From: Isurus oxyrinchus
Taxonomy: Eukaryota
Direction: 5' to 3'
Assembly: GCA_026770705.1 (NCBI GenBank)
Contig: JANJGN010000150.1
Location: 806,001 to 870,000, forward strand
Length of the DNA stretch: 64,000 nt
The position numbers and the translations under genes are program-made. The notes under the pieces were generated by a model. It had not been told where the DNA came from. It searched no databases and saw only the letters and a list, made by a program, of their open reading frames with translations. Shown here in pieces: positions 36,905-50,211 of the stretch. Numbering within the stretch: the first letter of the stretch is position 1; each line of letters starts with the position of its first letter.

Positions 36905-39190
36905 AAGACCATAAGACCACAAGACGTCAGAGCAGAAGGAGGCCATTCGGCCAATCAACTCTGCTCCGCCATTCAATGACACCATGGCTGATCTGACAAT
37001 CCTCAACTCCACTTTCCTGCCTCTTCCCCACAGCCTTTGATTCCCTGACTGATTAAAAAACTGTGTATCTCAGCCTTGAATATAATTAATGACCCAGCCT
37101 CTGCAGCTCTCTGCAGTAAAGAATTCCACACATTCACTACCCTCTGAGAGAAGAAACTCCTCATCTCTGTCTTAAATGGGTGACCCCTTACTCTGAGATT
37201 ATGCCCTCTGGTCCTAGACTCTCCCACAAGGGGAAACAACCTCTCAGCATCTACCCTGTCAAGCACCCTAAGAATCTTATATGTTTCAATAAGGTCAGCT
37301 CTCATTCTCCTAAACTCCAATGAGTACAGGCCCATCCTACTCAACCTCTCCTCATATGAAAATCCCTCCATTACTGAGATCAACCTAGTGAACCTTCTCT
37401 GGACTGCCTCCAATGCCAGTACATCTTTCCTTAGATAAGGGAACCAAAACTGCTCACAGTATTCTAGGTGTGGTCTAACTAGTGCCTTGTATAGTTTTAG
37501 CAAGACTTCCCTATTTTTATACTCCATTCCCTTTGAAATAAAGGCCAACATTCCACCTGCCTTCCCTATTAACTGTTGAACTTGTAAGTTATCTTTCTGA
37601 TGACCCCCAAATTCCTCTATGCTTCAGCTTTCCAATGTCTTTCTCCATTGAAATAATATTCAGCTCCTCTATACATCCTGCCACAGTGCAGCAGCTCACA
37701 TTTTCCCACATTATATTCCATCTGCCAAGTTGATGCCCACTCACTGAACCTGTCTATGTCCCTCTGTAGACTCTTCGTGTCACCCTCACCACTTGCCTTC
37801 CCATCTATTTTTGTGTCATCCACAAACTTGGCGATAGTACATTAATTTCCCTCATCCAAGTCATTAATATATATTGTAAATAATTGTGGCCCCAGCACTG
37901 ATCCCTGTGGCAATCCACAGGTTGACATCCTGAAAATGCCCCCCTTATCTCAAATCTCTGTCTTCTCTTAGTTAGTCGATCCTCTATCCATGCTAATATA
38001 CTGCCCCCAACACCATGGGCTCTTATCTTATTAAGTAGCCTTATATGTGGTAATTTACTGAACAACTTTTGGAAATCCAAATATATTACATCTACTGGTT
38101 CCCCTTTATCTATCCTGTTTGTTATCTCCTCAAGGAATTCTAATAAATTTGTCATGCATGATTTCCCCTTCATGAAGCCTGTGTGTGATTAAATTATGCA
38201 TTTCTAAATAGTCTGCTATTACATCCTTTATAATGGACTCTAACATGTTCCCAATGACAGATGTTAAGCTAACTGGCCTATAGTTACCTGTTTGTTGTCT
38301 CCCTCCCTTTTTGAATATGGGTGTTACTTTGGCAGATTTCCAATCCTCTGGGAGTTTCCCAGAATCTAAGGATTCTTGGAAGATTAAAACCAGTGCATCC
38401 ACTATCTCTGCATCTACTTCCTTTAATATCCTAAGATGCAACCTATCAGGTCCAGGGGACCTATCAGCCTTGAGACCCATGACTTTCCCTAGTATTATTC
38501 TCTAGTGATAGTTACTGTATTTATTTCCTCCCCCCACCCCCCTTTTGCCCCTTGATTATTTAGTATTTTTGGAATGCTATTAGTGTGTTCTACCGTGAAG
38601 ACTGATGCAAAGTATTTATTCAACTCCTCTGTCATTTCCTGGCTCCTCATTATTATTTCCCCAGCCTAGTTCTCTCAGGGGCCTATGTTCACTTTGGTCT
38701 CTCTCTCCCTTTTTATATATTTAAAGAAGCTTTTACTGTCCTTTTTTTATAATTTGCTAGTTTACATAGTTTTCTGCCTCTTTATTTATTTTTTGGTCAT
38801 CTTCTGTTGGTTTTTAAAATGTTCCCAATCCTCTGGCTTACCACTAACCATATTGCATGGTTTCTCTTTCAATTTGACACACACCTTAACTTCTTTGGGT
38901 AACCCAGGTTGGTTTATTCTCTTCCTACAATCCTTCTTCCTCACCGGGATATATCTTTGTTGTGAGTCATGAGATATTTTCTTAAAGATCTGCCATTGTT
39001 CATCCAGCATCTTTTCTGCTAAACCCCTTTCCCAGTCCACTCCAGACAACCCTGTCCTTATTCCTTTGTAATTACACTTATTTAAGTCCAGCACAGTTGT
39101 TTCCGACCCAAGTTTCTCAGTCTCAGAGGGAATGCTGAATTGTACCAGGTTATGGTCACTGTTTTCCAGGGGATCATTTATTCTGAGATA
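36905..39190 (-). mobile_element. CR1 LINE, ~2.3 kb degenerate ORF2
   Basis: SPGPD, NYRPVSLTSV, YLDFQK, LYKALVRPHLEY motifs across frameshifts. Confidence 0.92.
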
Positions 39191-40564
39191 CAGTTCAGAG
39201 GAAAACCACCCATTAATATATCCCGTGTCAGTCACACCGTAGCAATAGAGAATTCAGATGGAATAGGGGCCTTTACCCCAAGGAAGTGGGAATACAAAGA
39301 GGCTCGGAGAGATGCGTCAGGTTATAAATCTCTGCTCAGAGCCCACCTGCAGTTAGTGGCTTCAGTTGTGGGTCCCGCCCCTCAGGGAGGGTATATTGCC
39401 CTCCTAGGGGCTGCAGCCCAGAGTCACCAGAACGATCCCGGGGCTGAAAGGGTTAAATTCTGAGGACAGGTTGCACAGACCAGGCTTGTGTTCCCTCGAG
39501 TCTTGAAGATTAAGGGGTGATCTAATCGAGGGGTTTAAGATGATTAAAGGATTTGATGGGGTCGATAGAGAGAAACTATTTCCCCTGGTGGTGGGGGTGA
39601 GGTGAGGGGGTGGGGGTGAGGGTGGGGGTGGGGGTGGGGGTGGGGGTGGGGGTGAGGACGGGGGTGGGGGGGTGGGGGTGGGGGTGAGGTGAGGGGAGGT
39701 CCAGAACAAGGGGGCAGAATCTTAAAATTGGAGCCAGGCCGTTCAGGGGGTGATGTCAGGAAGCAATTCTTCACACAAAGGGGGGGTGGAAATCTGGAAC
39801 TCTCTCCCCCAGAAAAAGCTGTCGAGCTTGGGAGGGGTCAATTGTAAATTTCAAAACTGACATTGGGAGATTTCTGTTGGGTTGGGGGGTGTTTAAGGTT
39901 TAAGGAACCGAGCTGGGTGGATGGGGTTAATATACAGACCAGCCGTGATCTGATTGAATGGGGGAACAGGCTGATTATTGAATGACTGGGAATGTCAGCC
40001 CAGTGTATGGATCGCCAATCTCTAGAATGGGAGGATTCCTCTTCTACTGGAATTCATTCAGTAATGTGGGCATCACTGGCAGGGCCAGCGTTTATTGCCC
40101 ATCCCTAGTTGCCCCTTGAGAAGGCGGTGGTGAGCCGCCCGCTCGAATACAACTGAGTGGCATGCCCGGCCCATTCAGAGGGGCAGTTAAGATTCCCCCA
40201 CATCGCTGTGGGTCAGGAGTCACATGTAGGCCAGACCGGGTAAGGATGGCAGAATTCCCTCCCTAAAGGAGATTACTGGCCCAGATGGGTTTTTACAACA
40301 ATCTGGTAGTTTCATGGTGACCATCACTGAGAATTGTGAACAAACTGTGGAGAAATGTCGACTTGCCAGCCAATCAGCACGCCCTCTTCCCCCGCATCAG
40401 AAATGGCTGTTCCCTTTGAGATTGGGTTTTCTCGTGACTCTGTCCTGACGAGGATTGAAACCTTCGACAGCATGTTTTCAGCAACACCCAAGGGGAGATT
40501 TGGTTCACCTCGGAGTTTGGACAAGATGTGGAATTGTTTAAAAGTCAGGATTGAAATTACTCAC

Positions 40565-40822
40565 ATTCAGTGGGAATTCTAATGGGCAGAGACTGGGAAC
40601 TGCCCAGGATACTTGTTGCTTCACAGTAGTAGGAGATTTCCTCATCGAATCCATAAGGAACTGTAATAGTTTGACCAGCGAGCGCGAGATTCGTCATCTT
40701 TCCTTGGGAGATCTTAAACCAGGTGAAATTGTGGACTGCTGGATTCCCGTCACTGGAACAACTTAGAGAAATCACCTTTCCTTTTTCCAGTGTCAGCCTG
40801 ACAGACGTGTTGTGAGGAGAAT
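40565..40822 (-). CDS. Gene B C2 exon (domain 3)
   Basis: 258 nt; LSCSSDGNP, FTWFK, YYCEA (CD22/MAG-like C2). Confidence 0.9.
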
Positions 40823-41330
40823 CTTTCAAATACAAAATTATCAACACATTAAACACTGAGTGTGATGGAATTCTCTCCAGTTGCCGGGATGAGTGCGGCT
40901 CCAACAACACTCAAGAAGCTCGACACCATCCAGGACAACGCAGCCCGATTGATTGGCATCCCACCCACCATCTTCAACATTCACTCCCTCCACCATGAAC
41001 GCACATTGTTAGCAGTGTGCAGCATTTTATTAGTGATGATCTTATATTGATGGCCCCTAACTCTTCGTCACTCCGACAAGTGGAGACATCTTCTCCACAT
41101 CTACCCTATCGAAACCCTTTCACCATTTTAAGGACCTCGATGAGGTCACCCCCTCAGCCTTCTCTTTTGTAGAGAAAAGAATCCCAGCTTGTTCAGTCTT
41201 TCCTGATAGCTATAACATCTCAGTTCTGGAATCATCCTTGTCAATCCAACTTGCGCCTTCTCCAATGCCTGATTTAATAGGAGACCGACTCCCCCTCCAT
41301 CACAAGCATGATGTTCTAATCAATACTTAC

Positions 41331-41618
41331 ACTTTACACTCAGAGTAACGGAGCTGACCACTCGATGGCTGGTTTGAGGGTAGTCGCACGTACAGCGGAG
41401 AGTTCGTCCATGATGCTTGAACGAAGGGTTAAAGGTCAGTAGAGCGGAAACCTCACCACCGTTCTCTGTAATGTTGCTGACCGATGAAGTCAGCAATTCA
41501 CTCCAGGTTAGATTGGGGTGGTTATCAGGGCAGGTGTAGAGGCATTTACAGATGATATGTGCAGGAGTCCCCTCCTGTAAATCCTTCAGGAGCACAATAA
41601 CTGGCTTATCTGGAGCAT
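41331..41618 (-). CDS. Gene B C2 exon (domain 2)
   Basis: 288 nt; DAPDKP...CKCLYTCPDNHPNLTW...HHGRTLRCTC. Confidence 0.9.
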
Positions 41619-42179
41619 CTGTAATAGAAAGTTCCAGATGTTAACTGACAAGCAGAAAACAATTTGTATTTGTCCTCTGATTTTTCAATAGGGTCACAGA
41701 CACTCAGAACACAGAAGGAGGCCATTGGCCCATCCAGTTCATGCTGTCTCTCTGTAGAGCAATCCAATCAGTCCCATTCCCCCCGCTCTGTCCTCGTATC
41801 CCTGTGAGTTTATTTCCAATTGTCCGTCCAATTTCCTTTTGAAATTGTTCATCGTCTCCACTTCCACCATCCTCGTAGGCAGCGAGTTCCAGCTCATTAC
41901 CACTCGCTGTGTAAAAAAGTTCCTCCTCACATCGCCCCCCACCCACAACCTTCAATCTGTGTCCCCCGGTCCTTGTACCATCAGCTAATGGCAACATCTT
42001 CTCTTCGTCTACCTTATCTAAACCCATCATCATCTTGTACACCTCGATCAGATCCCCCCTCAATCTCCTTTGTTCCAAGGAGAACAACCCCAGCTCCTCC
42101 AACCCAACCTTGTAGCTAAAAGCCCTCATCCCTGGACCCATTCTGCTCAATCTCCTCTCCACCCAGAAGCAAAAAATCA

Positions 42180-42530
42180 GTTCAGATCAGTACTCTTATC
42201 TCGCAGTTTTACTGGTGTTCTATATTATTCTATACAAGACCAGTTTGGACCAGGACTCTTATCTCGCAGTTTCACTGGTGTTCTATATTATTCTATACAA
42301 GACCAGTTTGGACCAGTACTCTTATTTCCCAGTTTAACTGGTGTTCTATATTAAGCTATACAAGACCAGTTTGGACCAGTACTCTTATTTCCCAGTTTTA
42401 CTGGTGTTTTATATTAAGCTATACAAGACCAGTTTGGAGCAGGACTCTTATTTCCCAGTTTTACCACTGTTATATGTTAAGCTATACAAGACCAGTTTGG
42501 AGCAGGACTCTTATGTCCCAGTTTTTACAG
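42180..42530. repeat. 63-bp minisatellite, about 5.5 units
   Basis: TATACAAGACCAG at 42231, 42294, 42357, 42420, 42483. Confidence 0.92.
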
Positions 42531-43642
42531 TTTTGTCCTCTTGGACACCCTTTCTGAAGCTCTTACATCTTTCCTGAAGTGTGGAGGCCCAGCGTTCTGA
42601 ACAATATTCCAGCTGAGTTCTAACCAGTGATTTATAAAGTTCCCGCATGATCTCTTTGCTTTTAACTCGGTTCCTCAGTCTGTTAACACAAGGAAGACAT
42701 TTTCTTTCTTAATCACCTCAACAAGTTGTCCTTTAATCTTTCAGAATGAGTGCAGAGAGATGCCCAGGTCTCTGCTCACCTACACCTGTCCAAATCATTA
42801 CTGTCCAATATCTGTCTGTATTCATCCTGACAAAGTGCGTCACTTCACACGACACTGCGCTGAACTGCATCAGCCATGTGTCTGCCCACCTCACCCTGAT
42901 CCTGCCCCTCTCATGCCCAATCTCTCCTTATCACTACCCACGGCTTTGCCAAGTTTCATTCCATCAGAAAACATCATCACTGAGGGACACTTAGCGATTG
43001 CCAGCTTCAATGTGTGAGAACAGATTCTGCTCTGCAATTCCACGTAACTCCAGGCTGACATGCTCCAGTTAACACATGGGGATGTGGAGCAGTTGAAGCA
43101 GAAGTGGGAACAACAGTAAAGTTAAAAACGTTTTGATACAAGTGATGATTCTCAGACAGAGCAGCACTCACTCGGCAAAGACCCCCCCAATGGTGCAGCA
43201 CTCCCTCAATACTGACCCCCCAAAGGTGCAGCACCCCTCGGTACTCACCCTCCGACAGTGCAGAACTCCCCCTGTACTGACCCTCCGACAGTACAGCACT
43301 CCATCAGTACTGACCCGGTGACAGTGCAGCACTCCCTCAGTACTCACCCTCCGACAGTGTAGCACTCCCTCAGTACTGACCGTCCGACAGTGCAGCACTC
43401 CCGCAGTACTGATGCTCTGACAGTGTGGCACTCGCTCAGTACTGACCCTCCGACAGTGCAGCACTCCCTCAGTACTGACCCTCTGACAGTGTGGAACTCC
43501 CTCAGTACTGCACCAGATCACATACTGGACTTTGTTCTGACATCTCCTGGAGCAGGAATTCAACCCATGACTGCCTGGCTCTGAGATGAGAACATGACCC
43601 CCTTGTGCTGATAGACTGAGTGTGAAAGGAACTGGGACTTAC

Positions 43643-43999
43643 CAAGAACCTGGAGTTGGACTGGTTGTGTAAAAGTGTGATCTGTGTAGCCCTCCACATC
43701 CACATAAAAGTAATACACATCACTATCTTCAGCTCTGAGACTGTCAATCCTCACCGAACAATTCTTCCCTTCCAAGTCGCCGATTATTTTAGCACGTCCC
43801 ACGAATGTGGCCATCGCATAGTTGGGATCTTTGGTGTATGTGATGGTATATTTCCATCTATACCAATATTTATACCAAGCTCCGTGCAGTGCTGTGTAAG
43901 AGTGGGAAGGAAAGTCAAAGCTACACGGAATAACCACACAAGAGCTGCTGATGGCCCTCCGAGACAGCGCCTTCATAGACCATCCCTCTGACGTCACTC
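43643..43999 (-). CDS. Gene B V-set exon lacking the essential Arg
   Basis: 357 nt; SCVVIPC...NCSVRI Siglec Cys pattern; DSDVYYFYVD where YYFR is expected. Confidence 0.92.
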
Positions 44000-44819
44000 C
44001 TGAAAGGCAACAAGGGAAGAGACAGGACATCAAAAAGCAGAATATTACTTCAATGGAGAGAGGCAGCAGAATGCGGTACAGAGGGATCTGGGTGTCCTTG
44101 TACATGAATCACAGAAAGTCAGCATTCAGGAACAGCACGGAATGAGGAAGGCAAGTGGAATGTTGGCCTTTATTGCAAAGGGATGGAGTATAAAAGGAGG
44201 GAAGTCTTGCAACAGCTGCACAGGGCGTTGGTGAGATTGTATCAGGAGCAGTGTGTACAGTTCTGGTCTCCTTACTTAGGGAGGGATAGACTCTGCATTG
44301 GAGACAGTTCAGAGGAGGATCACTGGGCTGATTCCTGGGATGAAGGGGGTTTGTCTTATGAGGAAATGTTGAGCAGGTTGGGCCCTGTATCCATTGGAGT
44401 TTAGAAGAATGAGAGGTGATCTTATTGAAACATATAAGATTCTGAGGTGGTGGGGGGTTTGACAGGGTGGATGCTGAGGGGATGTTACCCCTTGTGGGGG
44501 AATCCTGTGAAGCAATAAGGATGTTTTACTGCATTAAAGGTGCTATATAAATGCACTGTCATTCCTATTGAAACAAGCTCTCTGATGCACAAACAGAAAA
44601 TGCTGGAAAAACTCAGCAGGTCTGACAGCATCTGTGGAGAGAGAAACAGAGTTGGTGTTTCGAGTCCGTATGAGGCTTTTTCTTTTGCTATATTCTCTGA
44701 CTCGCTATTCGCTCATTCTCTGTGTGATCACTAACCCTGTTCTCTAAAATTAAATGTTCACTTCCTCGCTCCAGGAAAGAATCCAATTCCCTGAGTTCCG
44801 ATCAGTAATGAATTTGTAC

Positions 44820-44865
44820 CTTGCAGCAAGCTGATGAAGATCAATATCAGACCGACCTCTCCCAT
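44820..44865 (-). CDS. Gene B signal peptide exon (MGEVGLILIFISLLQ)
   Basis: Phase-1 donor CAAG|gtacaa; acceptor at 44880-44881. Confidence 0.85.
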
Positions 44866-45139
44866 CTTCAGTTCCTCATCTAAATGGAAAATGATAAAGA
44901 CAGAGACTTTTTCATAAATTGTCCCCAGCGTTTCTTCCTCAAACAACAACTTGTGTTTAAATGGCACCTTTCAGGGAATTAAACAGCCCCAGGGAATAAA
45001 CTAACGTCAAGACAAGGAAGGAGAGATTGAGAAGGGACATCGCAAACTGATTCACCAAAGACGGCAAAAATTCATTGTTCCCTCACTCCCTGTGCTGGGT
45101 GTCCAGCTTTTTCTCTCAGTGAGTTTAGTCCTCACAATC

Positions 45140-45950
45140 TCTATCTATCGCACTCTTCTGCTCTATCTCTCTCTCTCACACACACATTCTCTCTCTAACA
45201 CTGACAATCTGTCTCTATCACACTCTTCTGCTCTATCTCTCTCTCTCACACACACATTCTCTCTCTAACACTCACAATCTCTCTCTATCACACTCCTCTG
45301 CTCTCTCTCTCTCTCACACACACACATTCTCTCTCTAACACTCACAATCTCTATCTATCGCACTCTTCTGCTCTATCTCTCTCTCTCAAACACACTCATT
45401 CTCTCTCTGACACACACATTCTCTCTCTCTCAAACTTTCACCATTTCTCTCTATCTCGCTCTTCTGCTGTCTCCCTCTTTCTCTCTCTCACACACAAGTA
45501 CCCTCTCTCTCTCTCGCACATTCTCTCTCACACACAAGCACCCTCTCTCTCTCAAACACACTCTCTCACACGCACACTCTCTCTCACACACAAGTACCCT
45601 CTCTCTCTCTCGCACATTCTCTCTCACACACACTCTCTCTCACACACACTCTCTCTCACACGCACATTCTCTCCCTCACACACACTCTCTCACACACACA
45701 CTCTCTCTCAAACACACTCTCTCTCACACACACTCTCTCTCACACGCACATTCTCTCCCTCACACACACTCTCTCACACACACACTCTCTCTCAAACACA
45801 CTCTCTCTCACATGCACACTCTCTCCCTCATACACACACACTCTCCCTCACACATGCACACACTCTCTCTATCTCTTTTTCTCTCTCACACTGTCTCTCT
45901 CTCCCTCTCTTTCTCTCTCTCTCTCACACTCTCTCCCTCTTCTCTCTGAT
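45140..45950. repeat. Compound (CT)n/(CA)n low-complexity tract; similar tracts at 48060-48540, 49165-49500, 62400-63118
   Basis: Direct inspection. Confidence 0.95.
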
Positions 45951-47309
45951 ACGGAAGGATTTAAGACCTGCTCATGATTTCAGCTCAAAACCCAGGCAGA
46001 TTCTCCCCAGTGAGGGAGTGCTCAGGGGGTGCTGCACTGTCAGAGGGTCAGTGCTGAGGGAGTGCTGCACTGTCAGAGGGTCAGTGCTGAGGGAGTGCTG
46101 CACTGTCAGAGGGTCAGTACTGAGGGAGTGCTGTACAGTCAGAGGGTCAGTACTGAGGGAGTGCTGCACTGTCGGAGGGTCAGTACTGAGGGAGTGCTGT
46201 ACTGTCAATGGGTCAGTACTAAGGGAGTGCTGCACTGTCAGAGTGTCAGTACTGAGGGAGTGCTGCACGGTCAGAGGATCAGTACTGAGGGAGTGCTGCA
46301 CTGTCGGAGGGTCAGTGCTGAGGGAGTGCTGCACTGTTAGAGGGTCAGTACTGAGGGAGTGCTGCACTGTCAGAGTGTCAGTACTGAGGGAGTGCTGCAC
46401 TGTCAGAGGGTCAGTACTGAGGGAGTGCTGCACTGTCGGAGGGTCAGTACTGAGGGAGTGCTGCACTGTCAGAGGGTCAGTACTGAGGGAGTGCTGCACT
46501 GTCAAAGGGTCAGTACTGAGGGAGTGCTGCACTGTCAGAACTACCGTAATTCAGATGATGTTTGAAATTAGCAACATGCCTCATCTAAAATTCTATATCA
46601 TCAGCTCAATATAAATAGATTAGTCCTGTATGTTTCACTTTACTGCAAATTGTTCATGGTTTCATTTCCTTGTTAACCAGGCTCATGTGATGACTATTTT
46701 TAAATAATGTTTGTTATTTGGAACAAGGGGCCATGCCTGAACAGATAACTGTCGGATCAAGCAGCTGGGATTTTTCTTGAACCTTGCTTCATTCAGATGT
46801 TTGCTGCTGGACATGAGATCATTAATGTGTGAATGTAGAATCGGAGTCACCTCAGTGAACAGCAGCATTGGTTGAACAGCCTGATCTGCAATAAGAACTG
46901 CTGAACACAATGTCCATTCAGAACAGCTCGGTCCCCGATCAGAGAAACAGCCTCAGACAGAACCAACTGACGCTGGAATCCATACAATTCATCAACGTGT
47001 TGGGAGTTAGTTTGATGTCGGAGTTGGAGTGTTACTGGGAAGGATGGAACCCGTCAGGATGAACAGCTCGATGTACGACAAGGAAAGGATGAGCTAAGAG
47101 GGGTTGGTTACGGACAGACAGAGCATGTGAAGACTCAACAAGCTAATGGCAGGTGAAGAGCTGGAAAGGTGTCTTTTCAACACAAGGTTTAGACACAGAA
47201 CTCGATGTTTGATCGGGTATTTCAAACCAGAGAAACTCTTTACAGGGTGAATGGACCTTGTCAATAATCCATCCAGCCAACCTCGCCTGGAGATTAGTCC
47301 AATATTAGA

Positions 47310-47580
47310 CACTAAACCGAGTCCCCCGTCTGCCCTCTCGGGCGGGTGTGAAAGATCCCACAGCCACTATTTGGAGGAAGAGCAGGGGGGAGATCTCCCC
47401 GGTGTCCTGGGACCAGTATTTATCCCTCAACCAACATCACCAAAAACAGATGCTCACATTGCTGTTTGTGGGAGCTTGCTGTGCGCTAATTGGCTGCTGC
47501 GTTTCCTACATTACAACAGTAACCACACTTCGAAAAAAGGGTGTACTCAACTGTAAAGTGTTCTGGGACATCCAGAGACC
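47310..47580 (+). mobile_element. Deu-domain SINE fragment (SacSINE1/AmnSINE1-like); inverted copy at 63745-64000
   Basis: CCCCGTCTGCCCTCTC...AAAGATCCCA...TTGCTGTTTGTGGGAGCTTGCTGTGCG...CATTACAACAGT, recognised from memory. Confidence 0.7.
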
Positions 47581-49178
47581 ATGCTGTACAGAAGAGATTT
47601 GACCGGAGCAGCAAGTGTTTTACTTACAGGAGAATGAGTCCCCAGGGTTGTAGAGTCAATCCTGTCAGATGAATGTCTAACTGGAGACACTTCAGGGAGC
47701 TGATCTAATTCTGGAAATGTTCAGTTTAGCAGGATCGGAGGAGAGATGATCTTCCTCTCCTGACTGCATCGGACACGAGGTGAACTGGCTCTGGGAGGAG
47801 GGTCAGTGTTAACCCAGTTTTTCTGTGTTTGAGGGAGATGTGAAACTGGGGAAGTCACGTGGTTTTTTGGTGTGGTCACTCCATGTCTTTATTTGGTGCA
47901 GCACTCATTTAGTTCATGTCGTTGTTTCAATGCTACAAAACCACAGCGCATTCTGGACTATTCCTGCCTGACCTGCTGTCAGATACACGCAGTCTGACAG
48001 AGAGGCGGAAAAGTGGTCCCTAGCAACGTGTGAAACTGTAAACTCGGCTCAGTCAGAATGCACATGCAGACACACACACACACGTACACACATTTTCTCT
48101 TGTTCATTCTTTTAAACACACACACTCCCTCTCAAATACACACACCCTCTCTCGCACACTCCTTCTCTCAAACACATACACCCTCTCTCTCAAACACACA
48201 CACACACACGCTCTCACGCACACGCTCTCTCACATACACACTCTCTCTTTCACACACACACTATCTAACACCCACAGATTCTCTCTCTTTCTTTCTCTCT
48301 CACACATAAGCTCTCTCTCTAACACAGACATTCCCTTTCTCTCACACACACTCTCTCTCTCACACAATTCAGCTACCTCACTCTCTCATGCGTACACACT
48401 CTACCTCTCTTTTGCTCTCTCACACATTTTCTCTTTCTCTCTATCCTTCTCTCTCGCACACATACGCACTGTCACTCTCTCACACACACATTGTCTCTCT
48501 TTCTCACACACGCACTCACTCTCTCTCTCTCTCTCTCCAAGACAGCAGGTTGGGGTTTTCAAACCGTCTCAAGGTTTCAGCTCAAAACCCAGATGGACTC
48601 TCCCCAGTGAGGGAGTGCTGAGGGAGTGCTGCACTGTTGGAGGGTCAATATTGAGGGAGTGCTGCACTGTCAGAGGGTCAATACTGAGGGAGTGCTGCAC
48701 TGTCAGGAGGTCAGTACTGAGGGAAACCCTGCTCTATCAAAGGGTCAGTACTGAGGCAGTGCTGAACTGTCAGAGGGTCAGTACTTAGGGAGTGCTGCAC
48801 TGTCAGAGGGTCAGTACTGAGGGAGTGCTGCACTGTTGGAGGGTTAGCACTGAGGGAGTGCTGCACTTCCAGAGAGTCAATACTGAAGGAGTGCTGCACT
48901 CTCAAAGCGTCAATGCTGAGGGAGTGCTGCACTGTCAGAGGGTGGACACTGAGGGAATGCTGCTCTGTCAGACCTGCCATATTTCAGATGATGTTTGAAA
49001 TTAGCAACATGCCTCATGTATAATTATATATCATCAACTCAAAATAAATAGATTATTCCTGTACATTTCACTTTACTGTAAATTGTTTGCAGTTTCATCT
49101 CCTTAGAAGCCAGGCTTGTGTGATCACTATTTTTAAATAACGTTGATAATAAAGATGCGACAATCCACATGCACACAT

Positions 49179-49200
<22 letters not shown>
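47324..49200. repeat. Left arm of a large inverted repeat
   Basis: Reverse complement matches ~61810-64000 including unique sequence (47580-48040 vs 63287-63745). Confidence 0.92.
47628..47880 (-). promoter_or_regulatory. Candidate promoter/non-coding exon 1 of gene B (mirror copy on + at ~63445-63697)
   Basis: gtaagt donor at 47627; GGGGAAGT abutting CACGTG at 47848-47861; the gene B leader exon has an acceptor and needs an upstream exon. Confidence 0.35.
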
Positions 49201-49226
<26 letters not shown>

Positions 49227-49929
49227 ATGTGTAGGCACATACATGCACATTTACACACAGTCATACACGTGCAAAAACCTACACAGAAACATACACACAC
49301 TCAACTCACACACACACACTCACACGTGCACACACATACACATACACATGTACACACATTCACTTATGCACAGAAATATACACAAAGACACACGCACATT
49401 TGCGCAAACACATACACACATGCACACACAGACACATGCATGCATACTCACACAAACATACTCACATATGTAGAAACACAAACACATACACATAAACACG
49501 CGTGAGGCCCCTCTTCTCTCTCAGTGCTGCACTGGAGTCTCGGTGTCAGCTCCGATTCTGTGTTGAAGGAAGGTAAACTCCAGATCAACAAGACCCTGAA
49601 CTGGATGAGCAACCTCCTGAACAGAGAATTGTAGATTTACCCCTCAGTGCTCCATCGATCAAATACAATTCATTCCCGTAAATCCCTTGGCAAAATCCTG
49701 AGGATGTGAAAGTTTCTTTCATTCTAGGTGAACAGCACCTCTACTGGTGGGAGAATGTAACTGTAGTTTGACTGTTTACATCGGCAGTGCCCATTATAAA
49801 TTTGACAGTGGAAGTTATATGGAGGGAAGGTATCTGGAAATGCATACAGACATCAGATACAGAGAGATGATGCATGGAGTCTTGCTGTGCAATAGGTTTG
49901 CTCACATTAAACACTTGATTTGTTCTTAG

Positions 49930-50211
49930 ATGCTCCACAGAATCTCACATTTACTTCTCTTGAAATGATTAATGCTTCATCGATCAATATAATTGAGGGG
50001 AATTCTGCAGTGATAATCTGCTCTGTCGAGAGCTTCCCATCTTCTAACCTGACGTGGCGACATCTTAATGTCCCAATGAACAGAACAAGTTGCAACAATG
50101 AGCTGTGGTTGGTGATTCCTCACGTTACATTCAGGGACACTGGAGACTATCAGTGTGTGGCAGAGAATGAACATGGAGCAGTGGAGGGGTTCATAACCAT
50201 CACTGTGGAAC
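49930..50211 (+). CDS. Gene D stalk C2 exon 1
   Basis: 282 nt, AG/GT intact. Confidence 0.8.

Noticed and set aside
36135-36920. Long VQHSLSTDPPT / RECCTV ORFs here and at the other arrays
   Set aside because: The 33-bp repeat unit is stop-free in several frames; there is no splice or domain support
39404-39774. Poly-Pro and Pro-His ORFs
   Set aside because: G-rich simple repeat inside a CR1 fragment
30219-44865. Assignment as a true MAG, CD22 or SIGLEC15 ortholog
   Set aside because: Family-level similarity only; orthology needs phylogeny and synteny, so no symbol is given
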